This document shows positions 37,852-45,618 of a stretch of 54,097 bases of DNA, one piece after another. Where the stretch lies: IMG/VR virus record IMGVR_UViG_3300049893_001211, positions 1 to 54,097 of that record; one strand, 5' to 3'. This DNA is from a virus (lineage: Duplodnaviria > Caudoviricetes). A program made the position numbers and the translations under genes. The notes below the pieces were generated by a model. That model had not been told where the DNA came from, did not search any database, and was given only the letters and a program-made list of their open reading frames with translations. The stretch's first letter is position 1, and each line of letters begins with the position of its first letter.

Positions 37852-38287
37852 GTCGAAACTTCCTAGTGATGTTGTATGCAGTTTTCTGTAAAATTGCCTC
37901 TAAAAGAGGTATCTTATACTCTGCACAGGTGTCAAACACCCGAATAACGAGATCAGCGAATTCTATTGCTACACCTTCTGGTTTTGGTGTTGCTGATACA
38001 ATCTCGCCATTTTCAGTAAATTCTACAGGATGACTGTGTCCTATTTTAGTTATATCATCGTGATCTTGGGCTCTATATGCTTCAATTACTTCACTTAATT
38101 CAGAATGCATCATTACAACTTGTTCACCGAAACTCTTTGGAGGACTGTACCATCCCTTTACATGCGCTACATCGTTCATTAGTTCCATAAGCCATTTAAA
38201 CTGCTTCTTAAAGTTTACGTTATCACGATAATCTTCTAAGGTTTGTGCTATTTCGTTTATGGCTTGGTTGTCCATGTTTTTCTCCAT
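37832..38287 (-). CDS. MazG-like nucleotide pyrophosphohydrolase
   Basis: HSELSEVIEA and EFADLVIRVFD (ExxE/ExxD); K..YN..R..RHG.K. Confidence 0.8.
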   Translation of the reverse strand: MEKNMDNQAINEIAQTLEDYRDNVNFKKQFKWLMELMNDVAHVKGWYSPPKSFGEQVVMMHSELSEVIEAYRAQDHDDITKIGHSHPVEFTENGEIVSATPKPEGVAIEFADLVIRVFDTCAEYKIPLLEAILQKTAYNITRKFRHGNKAL

Positions 38288-38772
38288 TCTTCTAGCATGT
38301 TATGAAACGACTGTTCTTGTTCTGTCATTAACACTTTTACAAAGTATATATGTGCACGTTCAAACATCTGTTCAACATACCGTAAACCACCTAACAGTTC
38401 ATCGGTAAAATAAGGCCATCTATAGTACACAGCAGCAATACCAGCCTGTACTATATCACTTGCACAATTAATACATGGTCGTCGTAATGTTACTAGTGTT
38501 TTACTTTGTGTTCCGATTCCTAATCTTGCAGCGTGATTTATTACGTTTCGTTCGCTATGTACACAGTATTCACATTTCTTTTCTGGTGTTGTTATCTTCT
38601 CACAACGGTCCATATCAAATGGTGTTCCATTACGTGCAGATACTACTGTAACCCAATTAAAATCTACTAATGCACTACCTACTAGACCACGCTGACACGT
38701 AGCCCACTGAGACGCTAACTCAATCTCCATAAAGGTACGAGCTAACTTTTCAGGACGCGCGTCAATGTCCAT
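38257..38772 (-). CDS. dCMP deaminase
   Basis: TC....VG, RNG.P, HSERN, PCINC zinc motifs. Confidence 0.85.
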   Translation of the reverse strand: MDIDARPEKLARTFMEIELASQWATCQRGLVGSALVDFNWVTVVSARNGTPFDMDRCEKITTPEKKCEYCVHSERNVINHAARLGIGTQSKTLVTLRRPCINCASDIVQAGIAAVYYRWPYFTDELLGGLRYVEQMFERAHIYFVKVLMTEQEQSFHNMLEEWRKTWTTKP

Positions 38773-39154
38773 CTTTTGCTTCCTGAATCATATCATCCAA
38801 TATCATTACTGCACTTTGAAACTCTCCAAGTAGTGCTGTATATCCTGTAATAGCTCGCATTAATCTTGCACGTTGTGGTGTTTCATATCTAGTTACTTCT
38901 TGTAAAACTGCCAAGCTCTTTGTAATATACGATAATTCTCTGTACATATAGAACCGAGCTTTTTCGAGATTCGTTACCGTATCGTCTTTCAAGTCACTTC
39001 GAAATATATACTTGAATGCATTACCAACATTGAACGAAAGATTTTCTGCAATGTCAATACATTCAATTCCACTTGGATGACTTGTATAATGTAGTGGATG
39101 GTTTACCATATCCACATCTACGTTAGTGTCTTGGTTTTGACTCGTCATGTTCAA
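38762..39154 (-). CDS. DUF3310 (SaV-like) protein
   Basis: DMVNHPLHY....IECID...GNAFKY..R...K......LEKARFY. Confidence 0.8.
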   Translation of the reverse strand: MNMTSQNQDTNVDVDMVNHPLHYTSHPSGIECIDIAENLSFNVGNAFKYIFRSDLKDDTVTNLEKARFYMYRELSYITKSLAVLQEVTRYETPQRARLMRAITGYTALLGEFQSAVMILDDMIQEAKDGH

Positions 39155-39551
39155 ACCTCAAAAGGTGTGCGAGTGCATCCTTTTCGTGTTCCATGTATGG
39201 TTGTCGTAACGTTAACCTACGTCGTTCTAAAATTTCCTTAGCTTCACTCAAAAATGGATGTCTGTCTTGTGGCATGTGTAACACGTATTTCTTCTTGTAT
39301 ATATGTGCTAATGCGTACGTACCACCAACAATGCGTACAGTATGTAAGCCATATTTACTAATAGTTTGTGCCTGGAAACTCTCACATATTATAACTTCTG
39401 GTTGTCCAGTAGCAATCATATTAAATACTTCTTCTGGAGACTTCAACACACATGTATATACGTCCCCTACATTCACTCCTGTAATATTAGGCATTCGTAT
39501 AGCTATACCTGTAGTACCACCTGGATCGATACTTAGTATCTTCATCATCAT
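39123..39551 (-). CDS. RuvC-like Holliday junction resolvase
   Basis: ILSIDPGGTTG, ICESF, HEKDALAH. Confidence 0.7.
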   Translation of the reverse strand: MMMKILSIDPGGTTGIAIRMPNITGVNVGDVYTCVLKSPEEVFNMIATGQPEVIICESFQAQTISKYGLHTVRIVGGTYALAHIYKKKYVLHMPQDRHPFLSEAKEILERRRLTLRQPYMEHEKDALAHLLRFEHDESKPRH

Positions 39552-39730
39552 GTATGTCCTTGTTCACATAAAGAATCATAACAACGATACCACATAAGAC
39601 TTAGCATATGCCCCTCTTTGTGCTTATGAAAACATACTCTACATACCTGCTTGAAACGCTTTTCATTTCTATATTGTAAATCGGAATGACATCTACAAGC
39701 ACACCCCGAGGACGTTGGTATAGTATTCAT
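39548..39730 (-). CDS. Small Cys-rich protein
   Basis: CACRCH...CRVC..H...C...C. Confidence 0.45.
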   Translation of the reverse strand: MNTIPTSSGCACRCHSDLQYRNEKRFKQVCRVCFHKHKEGHMLSLMWYRCYDSLCEQGHT

Positions 39731-42284
39731 ATAAACAATGCCCTCCCATGTTTATGTTGTACATGTTATTTCCAACATTCAATTTATGTGTTGAGGCTTC
39801 TGCACAGTCATGAATTCCTTTCACAGTACCCCACGATGTACCTACTTTGATTTCGACTGGAATAGGTACAACACCTTCAAAGTGTACCCTTGTCATTTCC
39901 TCATGCATAATCTGACAATGTTCTATAAGTCTACTCTTAAGTGCCTTGGTTACAATCGAATCATGGACAGTAAACAATAGGTGACTGCCTATTTTCTTGA
40001 GTCGAGGATGTATCTTTGTAGCTGCTTTCAACACAACATCAGACGATGTAGACTGAATAGGATAGTTCACTGCTTGTTTTACTGCACGATGCGCATTACC
40101 CAATACGATAATACGTCGTTTTCGTCCAGTCTTGGATACAAGTTCACCTGTCTTTAGTATTTGCTTCTGCGTGTCTTTAAACCACTTGTAGTACGCCTTG
40201 TTACGCTCAAACCAACGACTAATGCGGCCCCTTGATGTGATCGCATCAGATCGCGTAAGTTTTGCGAGCGTGTTTTCTTCAATGTCGTAGAGGATTCCGA
40301 ACGACGTTCGTTTTGCCCATGTTCTGTCATCGCCTGTAACTTCTTCTCGTTGTTTTTCGTAAATATCCATTGCTACGTTAGTGTGATAATCTCCACTCAA
40401 TAAGTCTTGAAGCATTTGTGGATCGCGACTATATGAGTACGCCATCCACAATTCTGCTTTACCATAGTCTACTTCTACAATTACATACTCGTCATCTTCT
40501 GGACACACATAGTCATCTGTACCTTCATATCCTGTAAATGGTGGTGGGATTATTAGCTCGCGCAATCTATTGAATTCGGACGGATGACTCGGAGCCACAA
40601 ACGTTTGTACAGCTAACTCTGTGTATGATGGTCGTCCTGTTGCAGTACCGTGTAACTTTACAATAGGATGTGCTCTACCATCTACTTTGAGTGTTTCAGG
40701 CAGATTTACAATGTACGTTCCCCACATCTTGTAGAGTCTACGTACACGTTCTAACTTAGGTATAAACTCGTGTTGTTCTCTAAGTTGCTCTAATACCTCT
40801 TTATCAACGCTTGGTTCACCTTTACGAGTATACTTTACAATAGGTAAAGATAGTGTTCGAAATATAAACTCTGTTAGTTGTTTGTGACTTTGTAGGTTTA
40901 AGTCCCCTTCCCAACCTTCATTTTCTACTAACTCCTGGATATCACTTTCAGCTTCAATAATCTTTACGCCCCAATCCCACGTAAAATATGTTAGCATATT
41001 ATTATCGATATTTACACCATGATATTGTGCTTCCTTATACATATTTACAGCAGGGATAAGAATATTCAAATAGAAATTACGTACATTATCTTCTACTTGC
41101 CATTTTCGGAGTTTATAGCAAAGTCGAGTAGTGTATACCACATCCTTAGCGTTGTATTCGTACAACATTGAACGTGGTATATCTTCTAGCTTCAACTTTC
41201 CATAAAATCTGTCATCTTCATAAAATCCTGCACCTAAATACTCTCTAGCTAGTGTCTTGAGTTTATGTACACCAGAACGCTCGTCTAGAGAATACGATTG
41301 CAACATAGTATCTTCTTTGATATCAAGCCAGTAGCCTAACTTTCGTCGTACTACCTGGCTATCGAAGATGCTATTATGCATAGTCCACCATATATCAGCA
41401 GGCCATACTAGAGCAGGCGTGCCATCTTTCTTATATAAAGCATCAGGAGTAAACACCCAACAAAAATTGTCTGAGCCAACTCCGACACAAAGAACATCAT
41501 CTTTGAATACTTCAACTTCTTCATCATCTTTTCCATATGTAGTTTCTACGTCTAATGTGATTGGAAAGTCCTCGTTACGAGGTAAATTGTCTAACACATT
41601 TTGTGCTTGTTCAATACTATTTACAACCCTATATCGTACTTGTGCTTCTGGTGCTTCTGAACCCCACTCGATAACATCAGGAAGTTTCTTCAAATCCCTG
41701 ATGAAGTCATAGATCATTGTAGATGCTTTATCATCCTTCGAAGCACCATAGTCGCCCATACTTCTCAAGATAGCAGATGGATGATATGTTCCCATGACAT
41801 AACACCCAACATCCTTGTTCCACTGTACAGCGCCGCGTACCTTATTGAATTTTCGTCCTGTAATAAATTCGGTTACAAGTGTACCTAACAATACAATAAA
41901 CTTAGGTCGTATAATCTTGATTTCATCTAGTAACCTCATGTAACAAATATCTATTTTATCTTGAGGCACTTTAGACGAATCGTCAATCCACGTACATATC
42001 AAATTCGTACAGTATGTTTCATTACGCTTTAGATTTATTGCTTCTAAACAGGCGTCAAGTAGCTTTCCAGATGGTCCTGTCAATGGTCGTTTGCTACGTT
42101 CTATTTCGTCACGTGCTGGTGCAATGCCAACAAACATAACCTTGCTACCAGACGCACCATAGCTTCGTACACAATCATCGTGACATACTGGACCCTGTAT
42201 TACCCTAACATCTTTGTATTGTTCTACACCTTTGTCATAACGTTCAAATTCTGTTTCTACTTCTGTCTTCGTTGTTATTGTCAT
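39693..42284 (-). CDS. polA: Family A DNA polymerase with N-terminal uracil-DNA glycosylase-like domain and 3'-5' exonuclease
   Basis: UDG: FVGIAP..E...P..GPSG.LL, YHPS; Exo DVET, HN..FD, YNAKD; Pol TATGR, DY..AEL, R..AK...FG.LY, N.PIQS, VHDS. Confidence 0.9.
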   Translation of the reverse strand: MTITTKTEVETEFERYDKGVEQYKDVRVIQGPVCHDDCVRSYGASGSKVMFVGIAPARDEIERSKRPLTGPSGKLLDACLEAINLKRNETYCTNLICTWIDDSSKVPQDKIDICYMRLLDEIKIIRPKFIVLLGTLVTEFITGRKFNKVRGAVQWNKDVGCYVMGTYHPSAILRSMGDYGASKDDKASTMIYDFIRDLKKLPDVIEWGSEAPEAQVRYRVVNSIEQAQNVLDNLPRNEDFPITLDVETTYGKDDEEVEVFKDDVLCVGVGSDNFCWVFTPDALYKKDGTPALVWPADIWWTMHNSIFDSQVVRRKLGYWLDIKEDTMLQSYSLDERSGVHKLKTLAREYLGAGFYEDDRFYGKLKLEDIPRSMLYEYNAKDVVYTTRLCYKLRKWQVEDNVRNFYLNILIPAVNMYKEAQYHGVNIDNNMLTYFTWDWGVKIIEAESDIQELVENEGWEGDLNLQSHKQLTEFIFRTLSLPIVKYTRKGEPSVDKEVLEQLREQHEFIPKLERVRRLYKMWGTYIVNLPETLKVDGRAHPIVKLHGTATGRPSYTELAVQTFVAPSHPSEFNRLRELIIPPPFTGYEGTDDYVCPEDDEYVIVEVDYGKAELWMAYSYSRDPQMLQDLLSGDYHTNVAMDIYEKQREEVTGDDRTWAKRTSFGILYDIEENTLAKLTRSDAITSRGRISRWFERNKAYYKWFKDTQKQILKTGELVSKTGRKRRIIVLGNAHRAVKQAVNYPIQSTSSDVVLKAATKIHPRLKKIGSHLLFTVHDSIVTKALKSRLIEHCQIMHEEMTRVHFEGVVPIPVEIKVGTSWGTVKGIHDCAEASTHKLNVGNNMYNINMGGHCLYEYYTNVLGVCL

Positions 42285-42459
42285 CTATTATCCATCCGTC
42301 ACTAACTATTTCCTCGTACTTCTTGTGGTTACAACCTGTAACAGTAGGAAACAATGCACATTCTCTACACGTCATGTACCCACATTCACACTTGTATGCA
42401 TCGTGACTTCTACACCAGTGACACCGTAACTTTGAGAAGTCTACCAGTTTCAGAGGCAT
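42244..42459 (-). CDS. Small zinc-finger protein
   Basis: CHWC...CEC...CREC...C.H. Confidence 0.55.
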   Translation of the reverse strand: MPLKLVDFSKLRCHWCRSHDAYKCECGYMTCRECALFPTVTGCNHKKYEEIVSDGWIIDDNNNEDRSRNRI

Positions 42460-42467
42460 TTTAACAA

Positions 42468-42650
42468 CTAAATCAAGATGTCCAACAACATCTGTTCTGT
42501 AAGCAAGCCACGTTTCTTCAAATCCTCTATTGCAAGCTTACGAAAATAATCTGATATTGTTTCGCTAGGTTGTAATCCTAAACGTACAGCATTATCTATG
42601 GTTGGTTCCAAATAGATTGCTAGCTTCTCCGACCTGCGCTCTGTTGCCAT
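42468..42650 (-). CDS. Ribbon-helix-helix-like regulator
   Basis: KLAIYLEP.ID...TISDYFRKL; AGGAG SD. Confidence 0.6.
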   Translation of the reverse strand: MATERRSEKLAIYLEPTIDNAVRLGLQPSETISDYFRKLAIEDLKKRGLLTEQMLLDILI

Positions 42651-45090
42651 CTAAATCTCCTAAATCCTGTGGTAGTTTACGAATCGTCCAAGTTCGGACA
42701 TTTCTTTTGATTGACCATTGTACATCATAAATTTCGCGAAGTGTATCAAGCAGAATCCAAATTTTCCTCCCTAACGATACTGCATTTTGGTATCGTGCTG
42801 CGAAACTCTTTTCGTCTCTTGAGGTTCTTCGCAACTTGTTCCAGAGTTGCCCTGCTGTCATTTCTTCAATTGGTTCTTCTGTGAGCATTCGTTCAATAGC
42901 ACTAACAAGCAAAATATCCTCTTCGATATTCAGAGATTTCTGATCTTTTCGAATCGTGTCGATACCATCATAAAACTCTTTTTCAACCCCGAGTGCTGTT
43001 GCAATCCAATATCCAAATTGGGCAAAGTCTTCGATACGAAACTGAGGGTATCCTGTTCGTGGAACTTCTGTACCTAATACTTTCTGAACGTCTCTTAGAA
43101 TTCCTCCCCATAAAAGGTTTCTCATTTTGGAGATACGTTCGTAGATTGCACTCTCAGGCTTGAACTTTTCGAGTCGTTCAAATGTAAGCAACAAGAGTCG
43201 GTCTGTCACATCTTCACGAGTAAACTTTGGGTTATGCGCTGTAATTCCCAACATAGCTTGCCGACGCAGAATCACAATATCGTTGTCAGTAAACAACTTT
43301 CGTTTTGTAATTTCCGTTGGTGCTACTGTTGCAGCTAGTCTATCAGGTAACCAACGTGGTGCCGAATCTGCATTGTCGAACACTACAAGTGGGTCTTTTG
43401 CAAGTGCATAGTCAAAGTGATCTTCCTTTGTAATAGTATTGAGTCCCTTATCCTTACCATACAACAATGTATAGACACGCCTAAACAGTGTTGATTTACC
43501 CGATCCTGGTTGACCAAACAATGCAAGTATCGGTCGGCTATTGATAGCATCCCTCAACAACACTGCCAAAAACCATACCTTGAGTATAGCCTTTGCATTG
43601 ATCTTGTCTATTCCAATGATGTTGTCAAGACAATCATCAAATAGCTCGTCGCCCCAATGGTTTTCTATAGCACCGTAGTTCGGACTAATAGCTAATGAAC
43701 CTGTAGTCCACGGAAACACCAATCCTTGAAAACCATTTACCTCTTGACGAATACCATCTTTCGTTACAACCAGTACATCTTTTCCACCCGTATGCATTAC
43801 AAACATACGTAGTTCATGGTCATAATGAGTTAACGTACACAGTTTACCCGTAACTGGTAAATCCGCTACCATTGCTTCAAGGTTATATGCTACGTATGTA
43901 GCCTCTCTATCAGATGCATTGATACCGAAAATATTATCAAGTAGATTAAGCAAATGTTCGCTACGGCTACTAATACTAATAGGCCGTCCGTTATCGTTTC
44001 GAACAAACCATAGACTGCCATCACTACAATGAATGAAACTACCCAATTTATCAAGATGTTCACGAGCACACTTCGCAATGTATTCATTTTTGTCATTCGC
44101 GCTATCTCCGAGTTTCCGTGCGTCACGAATCTTACTTTTTACATCAGGAAGTTGAATCTTCGTGGCTAACTCTGCTCGAAGAACGTCCTTAGCTAACTCG
44201 CGAAGACACCCATATCGTAAATCCTTGAACTTGTTGTTTGGACTATGATATGCCAAAAAGAAAACTTGATCTCGTTTCATGCCTGCACGAAAGAGCGACA
44301 TATTCAGCGCCCAAAGTGCAGCACTTCTATCACGAGATAGCAAGTTGTATCGAGCTACGACAGTAGGTATAGCATTTCTAACCCTTGCCAACATTTCCTG
44401 TGGGCCAATTTCTTGATTGAGTGCGTCCTCGGCCCACTGAAAATCATCTGAATCTGTCTCTGACTCTAGAAGTTGTGTTTGTACATTCTTAGCGTTAGCC
44501 CCATATAACTCATCTACGCTAGCTATGTTTTCAATTTGTGTACTTGTGTATCGTTTCTCGCTTGCAGAAACTACACGTACAATTTGTGGTCCACTTATAT
44601 ACTTGTTGTTCGTTGTCTCTGGTACACGTACCTTCTTACCTAGAAACCATCCTGTCTTGTCACATCGTGGAATACTATATGTCAATCGCTTTGACAAACG
44701 CTCGTGTAGGGTTGTGTCTAGCTCTTCTCGAAGTATCCAATACCCTTGATGCCGTCCTTGTGATGTTTCAACAAGTACAGATGGTTCAATTGGCAATGTC
44801 AATACGTTTGCTTCGTCCAAGTCAGCTACTATAGTCTTACCAACAATTGCGAATTCTTTTAGACTCCGTTGCTCTGAAAAAAGATAGGGACTGAAATAAA
44901 CATCATACTCTGAACTTAGCTGATGAACTCGATTAATGATATTAGGCAGTTCATCAGGCCAACTAAAGAATTCCTCTTTCCAAGTTTCCTTAGTCTTTTT
45001 ATCTTCTCCTGCTATTCGAGCATACCCTAAACAAAACCAGCCCCCCACTTCGCTAGTTACAACCGTCCGAAAAAATGTTGTTAGCTCCAC
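42592..45090 (-). CDS. RepB-type primase fused to P-loop helicase
   Basis: ADLD, VETSQGRHQGYW, RVPET.N.KY; GQPGSGKST, VVFDN; start moved to GTG 45090 to avoid tRNA overlap. Confidence 0.85.
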   Translation of the reverse strand: MELTTFFRTVVTSEVGGWFCLGYARIAGEDKKTKETWKEEFFSWPDELPNIINRVHQLSSEYDVYFSPYLFSEQRSLKEFAIVGKTIVADLDEANVLTLPIEPSVLVETSQGRHQGYWILREELDTTLHERLSKRLTYSIPRCDKTGWFLGKKVRVPETTNNKYISGPQIVRVVSASEKRYTSTQIENIASVDELYGANAKNVQTQLLESETDSDDFQWAEDALNQEIGPQEMLARVRNAIPTVVARYNLLSRDRSAALWALNMSLFRAGMKRDQVFFLAYHSPNNKFKDLRYGCLRELAKDVLRAELATKIQLPDVKSKIRDARKLGDSANDKNEYIAKCAREHLDKLGSFIHCSDGSLWFVRNDNGRPISISSRSEHLLNLLDNIFGINASDREATYVAYNLEAMVADLPVTGKLCTLTHYDHELRMFVMHTGGKDVLVVTKDGIRQEVNGFQGLVFPWTTGSLAISPNYGAIENHWGDELFDDCLDNIIGIDKINAKAILKVWFLAVLLRDAINSRPILALFGQPGSGKSTLFRRVYTLLYGKDKGLNTITKEDHFDYALAKDPLVVFDNADSAPRWLPDRLAATVAPTEITKRKLFTDNDIVILRRQAMLGITAHNPKFTREDVTDRLLLLTFERLEKFKPESAIYERISKMRNLLWGGILRDVQKVLGTEVPRTGYPQFRIEDFAQFGYWIATALGVEKEFYDGIDTIRKDQKSLNIEEDILLVSAIERMLTEEPIEEMTAGQLWNKLRRTSRDEKSFAARYQNAVSLGRKIWILLDTLREIYDVQWSIKRNVRTWTIRKLPQDLGDLDGNRAQVGEASNLFGTNHR

Positions 45091-45128
45091 ATTCTCGCCC
45101 CAAACCGCAAATTGTTTCTTTATTTCGG

Positions 45129-45201
45129 TGGTCCCTGTAGGACTCGAACCTACAACCCTCAGTATGTAAAACTGATGCTCTGCCAATTGAGCTAAGGGAC
45201 C
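45129..45201 (-). tRNA. tRNA-Val(TAC), CCA not encoded
   Basis: Acceptor GGTCCCT/AGGGACC, anticodon arm TCAGT-TTTACAT-ACTGA, GGTTCGAGTCC T-arm; followed by CCG. Confidence 0.92.
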
Positions 45202-45203
45202 AG

Positions 45204-45293
45204 CATGAGAGTCTTCACTACATACTTCAACACTTTTTAGGCGTGTTTCACCGTTATTTGGGATTCACCAGTATGTAGATACTAACTCTCATG
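45204..45293 (-). ncRNA. Candidate structured RNA between two tRNAs
   Basis: Nested stems CATGAGAGT/ACTCTCATG and CTACATACT/AGTATGTAG plus inner AACAC/GTGTT hairpin. Confidence 0.45.
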
Positions 45294-45366
45294 GTACCGC
45301 GTACGGGAATCGAACCCGTTACCCCACTTTGAAAGAGTGGCGTGATAACCAATTCACCAACGCGGC
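45292..45366 (-). tRNA. tRNA-Glu(TTC), CCA encoded
   Basis: Acceptor GCCGCGT/ACGCGGT, anticodon arm CCACT-CTTTCAA-AGTGG, GGTTCGATTCC T-arm, ACCA end. Confidence 0.92.
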
Positions 45367-45396
45367 TCGGAGCCACCATAAAGATGGCTCGTTTGT

Positions 45397-45618
45397 TTAC
45401 TTGCTAACCGGCTTTACAGACACAATATACGACTTATTTGGAAACACTAATACAAAATTGTTTACAATAGGTTCCGTAATATAGTGCATATTCTCCCATA
45501 ATTCTTGTTCCGATTGTGTTAGTTCTGTAGTATCTGCAATATCATCGTTGATTACATGTACCAAAAACTTTGCAACACCGTTTGCAGTTTCAGCGTCTCC
45601 AGCTACTCTATTAGACAT
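45397..45618 (-). CDS. Hypothetical protein
   Basis: 73-aa ORF overlapping the RNR stop. Confidence 0.5.
   Translation of the reverse strand: MSNRVAGDAETANGVAKFLVHVINDDIADTTELTQSEQELWENMHYITEPIVNNFVLVFPNKSYIVSVKPVSK

Noticed and set aside
45091-45186. N-terminal 32 codons of the 864-aa primase ORF in the track
   Set aside because: Overlaps a well-formed tRNA-Val; GTG at 45090 with a purine-rich SD is the more plausible start
45202-45291. Third tRNA or HDV-like (theta) ribozyme after tRNA-Glu
   Set aside because: No T-arm GTTC motif or cloverleaf; no nested double pseudoknot found by eye
45370-45390. GAGCCA/TGGCTC hairpin just upstream of tRNA-Glu
   Set aside because: Short stem without U-tract; may be a processing signal but unsupported
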